From a bacterium (GTDB taxonomy: Bacteria; Elusimicrobiota; Elusimicrobia; Elusimicrobiales; UBA9959), in NCBI GenBank assembly GCA_021847485.1, contig JAJZRA010000004.1, positions 463 through 64,462 of the forward strand: a stretch of DNA of 64,000 bases. Direction: 5' to 3'. The position numbers and the translations under genes are program-made. Below, piece after piece: positions 10,273 through 20,409 of the stretch (position 1 is its first letter; each line of letters begins with the position of its first letter). The notes beneath the pieces were generated by a model. That model saw nothing but the letters and a program-made list of their open reading frames with translations. It ran no database searches and was not told the DNA's origin.

Positions 10273-11040
10273 ATGGCCGTAAAGAAAGCAGCGCCCAAAG
10301 CGGAGAAGCCGGACAGCCTGGACGCGGTGGTCGGGCACATCGAGGCCCGCACCGCGGCCGGGCGGTCCACGCTGGCCATCTTCGACCTGGACGGCACCCT
10401 CTTCGACAACCGCACCCGCACGATCTTCATCCTGCGGGAGATCTCCGAGCAGTTCGACAGCAAGGTGCCGGGCCTGGCCGCGGCCTTCGACAGGTTCCAG
10501 GACCTGGCCGTCGTCGACTACAGCCTCGAGACCACGCTGGCCCGCATGGGCGTCAAGCACCCGGCCGAGACCGCCTTCATCAAGGCCGAATGGGCCAAGC
10601 GCTTCTTCTCCGACGAGTACCAGAAGTACGACATGCCGATCCCCGGCGCGAAGTCCTACGTCTGCCGTGTCCACAGGGCCGGCGCCACCGTGATCTACCT
10701 GACCGGCCGGGACGTGGGGCGCATGCTCGTCGGCACCACCGAGGTGCTGCGGCTCTACGGCTTCCCCGTGGGCGTGGCCGGCACGATGACGATAGTGAAG
10801 AAGGAGTTCGAGCAGTCCGACGAGCTCTTCAAGAAAGAGGTCAGCGACTACATCGACCGCCTGGGCGAGGTCGCGGCCGTCTTCGAGAACGAGCCGGCCA
10901 ATTCAAACATCCTGCAGGCCAGGTTCCCGGACGCCGCGTCCTTCTTCGTGCTGACGCAGCACCGGCCCGACGCGCCCCGCCTCGCCGCCGGCATCCATAA
11001 GATAAAGGATTTCCGCCCTCCGAAGGGCGCCCGCCGCTGA
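10273..11040 (+). CDS. HAD-superfamily hydrolase/phosphatase
   Basis: IFDLDGTL motif I, YLTGR motif II, K and FENE motifs. Confidence 0.75.
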   Translation: MAVKKAAPKAEKPDSLDAVVGHIEARTAAGRSTLAIFDLDGTLFDNRTRTIFILREISEQFDSKVPGLAAAFDRFQDLAVVDYSLETTLARMGVKHPAETAFIKAEWAKRFFSDEYQKYDMPIPGAKSYVCRVHRAGATVIYLTGRDVGRMLVGTTEVLRLYGFPVGVAGTMTIVKKEFEQSDELFKKEVSDYIDRLGEVAAVFENEPANSNILQARFPDAASFFVLTQHRPDAPRLAAGIHKIKDFRPPKGARR

Positions 11041-11095
11041 AGGACCCCGCCGCCGTTTGTGGCCGCCGCCGCATTTTTTGGATAATATCCCTACC

Positions 11096-12349
11096 ATGAG
11101 CACACTTCTCGAGGCGCTTCGTACCGAGCGCGGCCGCCACGTCGCGTCCGCCGTCTTCCTGGCCGGCCTTTCGGCCATGTTCCTGTTCGGGGGTTACGAG
11201 TTCATCCGCTCGCCCGCCGAGTCCATCTTCATAGAGCGGTTCGGCGCCGGGGCCAAGCCCTACGCCATAGCGTGCGTGCCGTTCATGATGGCGGCGATGA
11301 TCTACGGCTACGGCCGCCTGCTGTCGGCCGTCGGGGCCAAGAAGGCGATGGCCGTTTCGATGCTGGGCAGCTCCGCCTTCTTCGTGCTGGCCTGGGCCCT
11401 GCTGGGCCGCGTCGGCGGCTGGCTGGCCTTCCTGCTGCTGGTCTTCAAGGAATCCTACGTGGTGGTGATCTCGGAGCAGTACTGGTCGTTCATCAACAGC
11501 GTGCTCAAGGACGAGGAGGGCAAGGTCTTCAACGGCCCGGTGGCCGGCCTGGGCGCGCTCGGGTCGCTGACCGGCGGCTGGCTGCTCGGCCGCTACGTGA
11601 TGTCCGCCGGTACCGAGAACTTCGTGCTGCTGGCGGCGCTGGCCATCCTGCCGGCGGCCGTCCTCTTCTGGATAGGCTACAACAACGCCGGCGAGCCGAA
11701 GCCCTCGGCCGAGGAGGCCGGCGGCCGCAAGGGCCACCTGCACCTGAGCATCCTGAAGGAGAACCGCACGGTCCTCTTCATCGCCTTCATCATCTTCTCC
11801 GCCCAGGTCGTGGCCACCGCGCTGGACTTCCGCTGGACCCAGCTGGTGCAGGACTTCATCCCGTTCAAGGACGCCCGCACGGCCTACATGGGGCGCTTCT
11901 GGATGCACGTGAACATCTTCTCGTTCGCGATGCAGTTCCTCGCGACGCCGCTGCTGCTGCGCTACATCCCGCGCCGCGGCATCCTGACCGCCATCCCCGC
12001 CGTGCACGTGCTGAGCTGCCTGCTGCTGTTCTTCTTCCCGTCGCTGGGGCTGGCCTCCACGGCCTTCCTGCTGTTCAAGGGCATGGATTATTCCATCTTC
12101 CGCGCCTCCAAGGAGACGCTCTATATCCCGTTCTCCTACGACACCCGCTACCGCGCCAAGCAGGTGGCGGACGCCTTCACGTACCGCTTCGCCAAGGGCG
12201 TCACCGCGTTGTGGGTCTCGGGCCTGAAGACGCTGGGGACCGTGGCCCCCGCGTTCTATCCGGCCCTCGGCGTCGCCTTCTCGGCGGGCTGGTTCGTCAT
12301 GTCCTTCCCGCTCACCGCCGTCCGTCCGGCCGACGAGGCGCGGGCCTAG
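11096..12349 (+). CDS. Npt1/Npt2 (TLC/NTT) nucleotide-transporter-like MFS protein
   Basis: 417 aa, about 12 hydrophobic segments; YEFIRSPAES, YWSFIN, KGMDYSIFRASKETLYIP..RYRAKQVAD..RFAK resembles NTT consensus. Confidence 0.7.
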   Translation: MSTLLEALRTERGRHVASAVFLAGLSAMFLFGGYEFIRSPAESIFIERFGAGAKPYAIACVPFMMAAMIYGYGRLLSAVGAKKAMAVSMLGSSAFFVLAWALLGRVGGWLAFLLLVFKESYVVVISEQYWSFINSVLKDEEGKVFNGPVAGLGALGSLTGGWLLGRYVMSAGTENFVLLAALAILPAAVLFWIGYNNAGEPKPSAEEAGGRKGHLHLSILKENRTVLFIAFIIFSAQVVATALDFRWTQLVQDFIPFKDARTAYMGRFWMHVNIFSFAMQFLATPLLLRYIPRRGILTAIPAVHVLSCLLLFFFPSLGLASTAFLLFKGMDYSIFRASKETLYIPFSYDTRYRAKQVADAFTYRFAKGVTALWVSGLKTLGTVAPAFYPALGVAFSAGWFVMSFPLTAVRPADEARA

Positions 12350-12361
12350 CGCGGTCCGGAA

Positions 12362-12396
12362 ATGAAAAAGCCCGGGACGGCCCGGGCTTTTTTCAT
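12362..12396. terminator. Bidirectional terminator
   Basis: atgaaaaagcccggg/cccgggctttttt..cat between convergent genes. Confidence 0.85.
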
Positions 12397-12408
12397 GCCC
12401 CGGCGGCT

Positions 12409-13386
12409 TTAGAAGACGATGCCGGCGGAGATGCGGTGGACGGTGCCCAGGTCGCCGAAAGGCGAGTAGGCGTAATCGATGGTGTAGTCGGTATAGCGCA
12501 GCCCGGCCCCCAGGGCGATGTTGCGCGTGCCGCCGAGGTCGCCGATGGCGCGGGTGTTCGCGCCGCCGCGCAGGAAGACGTCCATGTCGGGATAGACGGC
12601 GAGCTTCCACTCGGTCCCCACCGCGAGGAACGGCAGGTTGTCCCTGGCGGCGATGATGTCCGCGGTCAGCGTGAAATAGTCGGCCAGCTTCGTGGCCGTG
12701 CCCAGCCTCAGGATCAGCGGCAGCGGGGCCTCCTCCTTGTCGTAGCGCAGCGTGCCCATGACGTTCTGCGCGGTCAGGCTCACGCGGAAGGCGTTGTCGA
12801 ACATGTAGGGCAGGTTGAGTCCGACGTCGGCCGAGACCGTGTTGTCCTCGGAGAGGACCTTCGAGCGCACGAACTTGCCGGTGGCGCCCAGCACTAAGCG
12901 TTCCTCCGGGTCCTTGTTGAAACCGGTGATATAGCAGGCGAAACCCACGTTGATGGCGGAATCGTACGGCGTGAACGAGCCCAGTTCGAAGCCGCTGGAA
13001 TCGGTCTGCGAGATCTTGCCGAAATTCATGTACTTGAACGAAACGCCCCAGGCCCCCACCTCGCCGGCGCTCTCGGCGTAGGCGAAGTAGTCGGCGTAGG
13101 TGCCGGCCAGGTAGGGCGCGTGCATCATCACCAGCGAGTTCTTCTTGATGTTGATGAGGCCGGCCGGGTTCCAGTCCAGCGCGAAGGCGTCGTCGGCGAG
13201 GGCGGAGTAGGCCTCGCCCAGCGCGGCGCCGCGCGCGCCGGAGGCCACCTTCAGGAACTGCCCGGCCGCCGTGCCGGCGGAGGCGGCGTCGAAGTTCTGC
13301 GCGGAGGAACGGCCCGCGGCCAGGCAGAGGAGCAGCGCCGGCAGCAAAGCCGCGCGCCCGGCGAAGACCGCGCTCCTCCGGTTCAT
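12409..13386 (-). CDS. PorV/PorQ-family outer-membrane beta-barrel
   Basis: Signal peptide; FLKVASGARGAALGEAYSALADDA..WNPAGL; DYAYSPFGDLGTVHRIS; terminal Phe. Confidence 0.85.
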   Translation of the reverse strand: MNRRSAVFAGRAALLPALLLCLAAGRSSAQNFDAASAGTAAGQFLKVASGARGAALGEAYSALADDAFALDWNPAGLINIKKNSLVMMHAPYLAGTYADYFAYAESAGEVGAWGVSFKYMNFGKISQTDSSGFELGSFTPYDSAINVGFACYITGFNKDPEERLVLGATGKFVRSKVLSEDNTVSADVGLNLPYMFDNAFRVSLTAQNVMGTLRYDKEEAPLPLILRLGTATKLADYFTLTADIIAARDNLPFLAVGTEWKLAVYPDMDVFLRGGANTRAIGDLGGTRNIALGAGLRYTDYTIDYAYSPFGDLGTVHRISAGIVF

Positions 13387-13390
13387 GCCG

Positions 13391-16300
13391 TCACCTCTCC
13401 ACCGCCACTTTGAAGCTCTTGTCCGTCTTCCTGTCCTTGGTCTGCACGAAAGCTATGTAGACGCCGCTGGCCACCTTGCGGCCCGCCGAGTTGAGGCCGT
13501 CCCAGGCGGCCATGCCGTTGACGTCGGCCTTCAGCTCTCGGACCAGCTCGCCGAGGAAGGTGTAGATCCTGACCCTGGCGTAGGGCGTCATGTTGGTGAA
13601 GTGCATGACGTCGGAGACCGAGTTGGGCCGGTACGGGTTGGGGTAGATCTTTATGTTGCCCAGCCCCGTCTGCGGCGTGGCCTGCATGATCTGGAACGTG
13701 GACAAGTGCCAGGTCTGGGCTATCACGCGGTTGTTCGCGGCGTCCGATACCGACGGCAGCGGCACCCAGACGCCGTGGCCCTCGTCGTAGAGCGCGAGGA
13801 CCAGCTTGGAGCGGTCGGTGCCGGGCGGCAGGTCGGAAACGCGGTACGGGAGCGTTATCGTGATGGCCTTCAGCACCAGCGTGGGCGGGAAATGGTTTAT
13901 GATCAGGCCTATCCCGGTGGGCGCCAGCTCCGAGACGGCCGAGACCGGCCCGGGCAGCGTGAACGTCGACGGGGCCAGCGTGATGTAGGTGGAGCTGCCG
14001 AGGGCGCCGCGCGGCAGCGTCACCGAAATCACGCCGTAGCTGGTCTGCAGGGTCACCACGCCCTCCTGCAGCGCCACGGAGTTGAAAGTGGTGGAGAGGA
14101 TGGTGCTGGTGGACCAGGCCGTCTCGTAGCCGGTCAGGACCCCGCTCTGGCCCCTGGCCCGGATGCGGGCGAAATAGGTGGTGCCCGGCAGCAGGTCCTT
14201 GAAGGAGCAGGACAGGGCGTTAACGGAAGCGGCGCCCGCTACAGGTGAAAAGTCCCCGGCGGTGGAGATCTGCACGTCGTAGACCGTGAACGAGGAATTG
14301 CCGTTGTCGGCCCAGTTCACGGTGAAGCCGTCCACGAGGGGGTTAGTGTAGGTCTGCGGCTGCGGCAGGATATAGGCCGTGGCCGGCAGCGTCAGGGCCG
14401 CCCCCAGGTCGGCCGCCGGCAGCGTGGGGACCCCGGTCATGTTGAGGGCCGAGACCCGCAGGTAATAGCTGGCGTTGGAGACCAGGCCGCTGAAGACGGC
14501 GTACTGGTTGGCCGTGACGGAGGAGAGGACGGCGCCGGAGAGGCCCCCGCCGGAGTCCGCGCTGGAGGAGACGCTGGCCAGGTATAAGGTCCCGGGCGGG
14601 TTGTTGCCGACCCAGTCCACCGTCACCGAGGAAACCCCGACGTCCGAGAAAGGCGCGTAGGCCGGGTCGAACGCGGCGGTCGCCATTTCGGGGAAATAGA
14701 CGGCGGGCGCGGCGCGCCCGAAGCGGTTGTAGGCCGTAACGCGCGTGTAATACGTGGTGTTGGAGGTCAGCCCGGAGAAGGTCGCCGCCGGCAGGACCGT
14801 GACGGAGGAGACCGCGCCGGTGAAGGAAGGGTTGTCGGCCAGCTCGGCCGCGTAGAGGGTGTCGGGCGGGTTGGCTTCCGGCAGCCAGTTCAGCGTCATC
14901 GTGAAAGGGGTCAGGGTGAAAGGCAGCGCCGCCGGCGGGTTGGCCAGCGTGGCCGTGGCCGGCGCCAGCGAATAGGCCGCGGTACCGTCGGCGTTAAAAG
15001 CGCCGGCCCGCAGGTAATAGGTGGTGTTGGGCGCCAGCCCCTCCACGGTCAGCCCGGCGGCTGAGACGGACAGGCTGCTGGAGGACAGCGCGGGGCCGGA
15101 AAAGTCCGGCGCCGTGGAGGCCTCCAGGCGGTAGGAGGCGGCGGTGGCCTCCGGCGGCTGCGCCGCCAGCGGCGTCCAGGAGACCGTGACGCTGGAATAG
15201 TAGACGCCGGCGTAGGGCGGGGAGTCGAGCGCCAGCGGCAGCGGCAGCGTGGAGGCGTAGGACGGGACGGTCTCCGAATAGACCGTGGTGCCGCCGTAGA
15301 GGGCGCCGGCCCTGAAATAGTACCGGGTGTTGGGGTTCAGCCCGGAGATGGTCAGCGTGGTCACCGAGACCGAGGTGGTGACGGAACTGCGGTGGATGTA
15401 GGAGAAGAACTCGTAAGTGGAGGCTTCCACCAGATAGTTGTCGCCGCCGGGGACCGCGCTGAAGTAGATGGTCGCGCTGGACTGCCAGACCCCGGCCAGC
15501 TCGGGGCCGGGGGGAGGCGGCGGCAGAATGGTGCCGGTCTTGGCCAGGGTGGAATAGTTGGGCGTCCCGGTCCAGTTCAGGGTGCCGAGGCGCATACTGT
15601 AGGCGGTGTTGGGCTTAAGGCCCGCGACGTACAGGTAGGCGGCCTGGGGGTCCAGCGTGGAGGAGGAGATCACCGTCCCCGGCAGGAAACCGGCGGAGGA
15701 GACTTCGAGGCGGTAGCCTTCACAGGCCGCGCTCTGGGGCCAGGCCGGCAGCGGGTACAGGAAGACCGTCATCGCCTCCGGCTCCGGGACTATGGTGACC
15801 ATGTCGGCCGAAGGCGGCCTGGCCAGCGTGATGGACGAGACCGCCGCCGTATAGTTCCTGGCGTAGGCGAGGTTAACCGAGGAGGTCCTGAAGTAATAGG
15901 TGGTGTTGGCGTCCAGTCCCTGGGCGGTCAGCGTGTTGGCCGTCATGCTGTAAGCGGCCGAGGAGATCGCCGCCGCCGCGGAGGTGAAAGCGGCGGTGGA
16001 GGCCTCCAGCTGGTAGCCCATGGCCGCACCTGCTGGCAGGGCCGTCCAGCCGAACGTGCCGCCGGTATCCGTCATGCCCAGGGCCGTCAGCCCCTGCGGC
16101 ATGGGGGCCAGGGTGGTGAAGGACCTGATGCTGCCGTCCTGGAGGTTGGCCGCGCCGCCCCAGTTAAGGGCGCCCAGCCGGTAGTAATAGGTGGTGTTGG
16201 AGGCCAGCGGGGACGCGTCCACGGAGGCCGTGTCGGAGGAGGCGGTCTGCCAGTACGTGGTGGCCGGCGGGATCAAGGCCACGTCCATGTAAGCGGTGGA

Positions 16301-17062
16301 GAGGTGCAGGACGTAGCCTTCCGAGTTGAGGGCCTGTATGAGCGGGTCGTTCACCTGGTCCCAGGCCAGGGTCGCGCTGCTCTCGAAGATCTTTTCGGTG
16401 AGGCCGCCGAGGTTCACGGCCAGCGTGGCGGTGGAGATATAGGGCGTATAGGCGCCCGGGACCCCGCTTACGCCCACCGCCCTGACCCGGAAGTAATAAG
16501 TTGTGTTGGCCTTAAGGCCGCCTACCGCCTGCGGCGCGCCCTGCGGGTTGGTGTAGGGCAGCACGGTCTCCGGCGCGAAGGACGCGTTCTCGGAGTAGGA
16601 CAGGTCGTAGCGGGTCCAGGCCGGGTTGCCGTCCACGTCCCAGCCTACGCTCGCGGTGGCGGTATAGGAGGAGGGGGCGGAGAAGAAAGGAGGGACGGAG
16701 TAGAGCCCCGAAGGCGCGGCCACCAGCGTGGAGGTGGAGGCGCTCTCGTAGAACGCGTCGCTCTCTGCCTGGCGCTTGACCCGGAAATAGAAGGTGGTAT
16801 CCTGCGAAAGGTTTATATAGGTAGTGGTCAGGGCCGTGACGGCGCCGGCGGCTATTACGCTGGAGAAGGTCGGGACCGTCGCCAAGGCCACCGCGTAGGG
16901 CGAGCCGGCACCGGCGCTCCAGGTGAAGGAGACGGTGTTGAGCGTGACGGGCGGCGCGGGCTGGGGATTATAGGTCCCGGCGGCGAGGGACGCGGGCGCG
17001 GCCGCGGCCGCAAGTAAGGCCGGCAGCAGCAAGGCTCGCAGATGGGAACGCCGCGGGAACAT
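13391..17062 (-). CDS. Secreted fibronectin type III repeat protein with ZU5-like domain and T9SS-A/FlgD-like C-terminal domain
   Basis: About 9 GLxPNTTYYFRV-type repeats; C-terminal IYPNPY..IYTFLGELVR..WDGLNSAGRKVASGVY; start taken at MFPRR. Confidence 0.8.
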   Translation of the reverse strand: MFPRRSHLRALLLPALLAAAAAPASLAAGTYNPQPAPPVTLNTVSFTWSAGAGSPYAVALATVPTFSSVIAAGAVTALTTTYINLSQDTTFYFRVKRQAESDAFYESASTSTLVAAPSGLYSVPPFFSAPSSYTATASVGWDVDGNPAWTRYDLSYSENASFAPETVLPYTNPQGAPQAVGGLKANTTYYFRVRAVGVSGVPGAYTPYISTATLAVNLGGLTEKIFESSATLAWDQVNDPLIQALNSEGYVLHLSTAYMDVALIPPATTYWQTASSDTASVDASPLASNTTYYYRLGALNWGGAANLQDGSIRSFTTLAPMPQGLTALGMTDTGGTFGWTALPAGAAMGYQLEASTAAFTSAAAAISSAAYSMTANTLTAQGLDANTTYYFRTSSVNLAYARNYTAAVSSITLARPPSADMVTIVPEPEAMTVFLYPLPAWPQSAACEGYRLEVSSAGFLPGTVISSSTLDPQAAYLYVAGLKPNTAYSMRLGTLNWTGTPNYSTLAKTGTILPPPPPGPELAGVWQSSATIYFSAVPGGDNYLVEASTYEFFSYIHRSSVTTSVSVTTLTISGLNPNTRYYFRAGALYGGTTVYSETVPSYASTLPLPLALDSPPYAGVYYSSVTVSWTPLAAQPPEATAASYRLEASTAPDFSGPALSSSSLSVSAAGLTVEGLAPNTTYYLRAGAFNADGTAAYSLAPATATLANPPAALPFTLTPFTMTLNWLPEANPPDTLYAAELADNPSFTGAVSSVTVLPAATFSGLTSNTTYYTRVTAYNRFGRAAPAVYFPEMATAAFDPAYAPFSDVGVSSVTVDWVGNNPPGTLYLASVSSSADSGGGLSGAVLSSVTANQYAVFSGLVSNASYYLRVSALNMTGVPTLPAADLGAALTLPATAYILPQPQTYTNPLVDGFTVNWADNGNSSFTVYDVQISTAGDFSPVAGAASVNALSCSFKDLLPGTTYFARIRARGQSGVLTGYETAWSTSTILSTTFNSVALQEGVVTLQTSYGVISVTLPRGALGSSTYITLAPSTFTLPGPVSAVSELAPTGIGLIINHFPPTLVLKAITITLPYRVSDLPPGTDRSKLVLALYDEGHGVWVPLPSVSDAANNRVIAQTWHLSTFQIMQATPQTGLGNIKIYPNPYRPNSVSDVMHFTNMTPYARVRIYTFLGELVRELKADVNGMAAWDGLNSAGRKVASGVYIAFVQTKDRKTDKSFKVAVER

Positions 17063-17201
17063 GATAGATAGTCTAATAGATAACGTCAAAGAATCAATGA
17101 CCTATATGTTACAAAAAAAGACCGCCGCCGCGCGGGTTTGCACGGGGCGCGGTTTCTATTATATTATAATTTTAAATTTAGCGGTCCTTCCGGAGTTTTA
17201 G

Positions 17202-18305
17202 ATGCGGATCCTGCGTTTGCGGAAAAAGAGCGGCGGCCTCCTCGCGGAGGCCGTACTTCTGGCGGCCTTCGCCGCGGCCCCGGCCTTCGCCGCCGCCGGG
17301 CGCCCCGTTTTCCCGGCCTTTTCGGTCTCCACCGGCGCGCCGCTCTTCTCGCAGGCGGCCGCCACCGGCGTCGTAGTAGGGCAGGGCGGCAACTGCGCCG
17401 TGCCGCTGCCGGACGGCCGCACGCTGTGGCTGCTCAACAACGTCATGACCGGCGAGCGCAAGGCCGACGGCCGGCGCGAGGTCTGGGACATCACCGACGG
17501 CGCGGCCGCGCTGGCGCCCAGCACCGCGCCGCTGGCCCAGGCCGGCGCTTTCGCCTACGTGGCGGAGGAGAACGGCCTGCCGCTGCCGCTGCTCTCCGGC
17601 GACCTCAGGGAGTATACCCAGGTGCGCAAGTTCTGGCCCCGCGCCGGTCTCTGCTCGGGGGGGCGCTGCGCCGTGTTCTACTCCATCATGAACAATTTCG
17701 GCGCCGGCCCGTACGATTATTTCCGCGTCGGCCAGGGCGTTGCCTCCTCGGAAAATCCCGCCGGCCCCTACGCGAAGGCCCGCCGCGACGGCCGCTATTC
17801 GCTGTGGAGCGACATCGAGCCGGCCTTCGGTTCCGCCCTGCTCGAGGACGCCGACGGCTGGGTCTACGTCTACGGCCGCCTGATGACCGCCCCCGGCGAA
17901 TACGGCGCCGCGCTGGCCCGGGTCCGCCCGGACGGACTGACCTCCCGGGCCGGCTACTCCTACTACGGAGTGAACGCCGCCTCCGGGCCTTGGACCTCCG
18001 ACGTCTCGGAGGCCTCCGTCGTGCTGGAGAACGCGCCCGAGGATATGTCCGTTTCCTATAACGAATTCCTGAAGTCCTATCTCGCCGTCTACCTGGACGA
18101 GAAGACCTCCGCGGTGCAGGCCAGGCTGGCCCCCGCGCCGTGGGGGCCCTGGGGCCCGCCGGTCCGCCTGTTCGCCTGCGCGCCCGAGGATTACTGCTAC
18201 GGGGCCAGGGAGCAGCCGGCTTTCGCCGCCGACGGCGGCAAGCGCGTCTTCCTGACGCTCGAAAGGAAGAACGAGCCGTACCTGTACGAGCTCAAGTTCG
18301 AATAA
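17202..18305 (+). CDS. DUF4185-like secreted beta-propeller protein
   Basis: Signal-like N-terminus; DGWVYVYG, SVSYNEFLKSYL, APAPWGPWG. Confidence 0.6.
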   Translation: MRILRLRKKSGGLLAEAVLLAAFAAAPAFAAAGRPVFPAFSVSTGAPLFSQAAATGVVVGQGGNCAVPLPDGRTLWLLNNVMTGERKADGRREVWDITDGAAALAPSTAPLAQAGAFAYVAEENGLPLPLLSGDLREYTQVRKFWPRAGLCSGGRCAVFYSIMNNFGAGPYDYFRVGQGVASSENPAGPYAKARRDGRYSLWSDIEPAFGSALLEDADGWVYVYGRLMTAPGEYGAALARVRPDGLTSRAGYSYYGVNAASGPWTSDVSEASVVLENAPEDMSVSYNEFLKSYLAVYLDEKTSAVQARLAPAPWGPWGPPVRLFACAPEDYCYGAREQPAFAADGGKRVFLTLERKNEPYLYELKFE

Positions 18306-18315
18306 AGGGGATAAC

Positions 18316-19434
18316 ATGGCCGACTACAACATACTCGTGATCAACCCGGGCTCGACCTCCGACGAGGTGAGCTATTTCCGCGGCGACAAGGAGGTCTTCC
18401 ACAAGACCGTCCGCTACAGCCCGGACGACCTGAAGCCCTACGAGCGCGAGAAGATCACCGCTCAGTTCGATATGCGCAGGAAAATGGTGCTCGAGGCGCT
18501 CAGGGAGAACGGCGTGGACCCGAAGGAGATGCACGCGGTCATAGGCCGCGGCGGCCTGGTGAAGCCCATAGAGGGCGGCGTCTACTCCGTGAACGACGAA
18601 CTGCTGGCCGACCTGCGCGAGGGCGTGCTCGGCGACCATTCCTCCAACCTCGGCGGCATCATAGCGCACGACATCGCGACCCCGCTCGGCATACCGTCCT
18701 ACATCGCCGACCCGGTGGTGGTGGACGAGATGCAGCCGCTCGCGCGCTACTCCGGCATGCCGGAGAATCCGCGGATCTCCATCTTCCACGCGCTCAACCA
18801 GAAACGCTGCGCCCGCCACGCGGCGCGCCAGCTCGGCAAGCCGTACGAGGAGTGCCGGCTGATAGTCATGCACGGCGGCGGCGGCATTTCGGTCGGCGCG
18901 CACATGGGCGGCCGCGTGATAGACGTCAACAACGCGCTCAACGGCGAAGGCCCTTTCACCCCGCAGCGCTCCGGCGGCGTGCCCGCCGGCGGCCTGGTGA
19001 ACATGTGCTTCTCCGGCAAGTACACCAGGCAGGACATGCTGCTCAAGCTCAAGGGCCGCGGCGGCCTGGTGGCCTACACCGGCACCTCCGACTGCGTGGC
19101 GCTGGAGAAATACATCCTGACCGGGGAGATAAAGGCCGGCAGCGGCATAGACCCGGACAAGATGACCCGCGAGGAGGCCCGCGAGGCCATGCACGCGATG
19201 GGCTACCAGATCTGCAAGGAGATAGGGGCGCTGGCCACCGTGCTCGAGGGCAAGGTGGACGCGATCGTGCTGACCGGCGGCCTGGCCTACGACAAGGTGC
19301 TGGTGCCCGAGATCAAGCGCCGCGTCGGCTGGATAGCGCAGATCCTGTCCTACCCCGGCGGCGACGAGATGACCGCGCTGCGCACCGCGGCCGAGACCGC
19401 GCTGCGCCATCCCGGCGCGGTGAAGAAATACTGA
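18316..19434 (+). CDS. buk: Butyrate kinase
   Basis: ILVINPGSTS, IGRGGL, HSSNLG, DPVVVDE, FHALNQK, HGGGGISVGAH, LTGGLA, YPGGDEM. Confidence 0.95.
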   Translation: MADYNILVINPGSTSDEVSYFRGDKEVFHKTVRYSPDDLKPYEREKITAQFDMRRKMVLEALRENGVDPKEMHAVIGRGGLVKPIEGGVYSVNDELLADLREGVLGDHSSNLGGIIAHDIATPLGIPSYIADPVVVDEMQPLARYSGMPENPRISIFHALNQKRCARHAARQLGKPYEECRLIVMHGGGGISVGAHMGGRVIDVNNALNGEGPFTPQRSGGVPAGGLVNMCFSGKYTRQDMLLKLKGRGGLVAYTGTSDCVALEKYILTGEIKAGSGIDPDKMTREEAREAMHAMGYQICKEIGALATVLEGKVDAIVLTGGLAYDKVLVPEIKRRVGWIAQILSYPGGDEMTALRTAAETALRHPGAVKKY

Positions 19435-19463
19435 CTTTCGGTGATCTTAAACAGGAGACTGAC

Positions 19464-20396
19464 ATGAACTTCAAGAACTTCGACGAGCTCATGAACCTGG
19501 TGAAGGGCAGGACCAACCGCATAGTCGTGCCCGGCGCCAACAACGACGAGGTGCTGACGGCCTGCAAGATGGGCGTCGACCATAAGATAATATCCGGCGG
19601 CATCCTGATCGGCCCGAAGGTCGAGGTGGAGGCGACGGCGAAGAAGGTCGGGCTGAAGCTCGACATCTTCGAGATAGTCGACAAGAGCGACTACGCCGAG
19701 ATGTGCAACCTGGCCGTGGACCTGGTGAAGGCCGGCAAGGGCGATTTCCTCGTGAAGGGCCTGGTGGACACCAAGTTCTACATGAAGGCGATCCTGCGCA
19801 AGGAGGTCGGCGCCGTCCCCGAGGGCAGGGTGCTCAGCCACTTCGTGCTGTTCGAGCTGGCCAACTACCACAAGCTCTTCGCGATGACCGACGCCGCCAT
19901 CATGATCGCGCCGAACGTGGACCAGAAACAGCTGATCCTGGAGAACTCCGTGGACATGATGCGCATGCTCGGCGTGGAGAAGCCGCTGGTCTCCGTGGTC
20001 TGCCCGGTCGAGAAGGTCAACGAGAAGATCCCGAGCACGCTGGACGCGGCCGAGCTCGTCAAGCGCAACAAGGAGGGGAAGATAAAGAACTGCGTGGTGG
20101 AAGGCCCCTACGATATCTATATCTCCTTCTCCAAGGAGCTCGCCGCCGAGAAGGGCATAAAGGGCGCCGTGGTGCCGGGCAACACCGACATCGCGCTGTT
20201 CCCGAGCCTCGACTCCGGCAACCCGGTCTACAAGGCCGTCTCGTTCTTCGGCGCCGGCATGAAGAGCGCCACGCTGCTGGCCGGTTCCAACATCCCCGTC
20301 ATCCTGCCGTCCCGCACGGACAGCCCGGTGACCAAGCTGCATTCGATAGCCCTCGCCGCCTACCTGAAGGACAAGGCCGGCGTGCCGGCTAAATAA
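19464..20396 (+). CDS. ptb: Phosphate butyryltransferase
   Basis: [40 protein letters not shown]; AGGAG RBS; directly after buk. Confidence 0.88.
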   Translation: MNFKNFDELMNLVKGRTNRIVVPGANNDEVLTACKMGVDHKIISGGILIGPKVEVEATAKKVGLKLDIFEIVDKSDYAEMCNLAVDLVKAGKGDFLVKGLVDTKFYMKAILRKEVGAVPEGRVLSHFVLFELANYHKLFAMTDAAIMIAPNVDQKQLILENSVDMMRMLGVEKPLVSVVCPVEKVNEKIPSTLDAAELVKRNKEGKIKNCVVEGPYDIYISFSKELAAEKGIKGAVVPGNTDIALFPSLDSGNPVYKAVSFFGAGMKSATLLAGSNIPVILPSRTDSPVTKLHSIALAAYLKDKAGVPAK

Positions 20397-20409
20397 GGAG
20401 AACCCCGAC

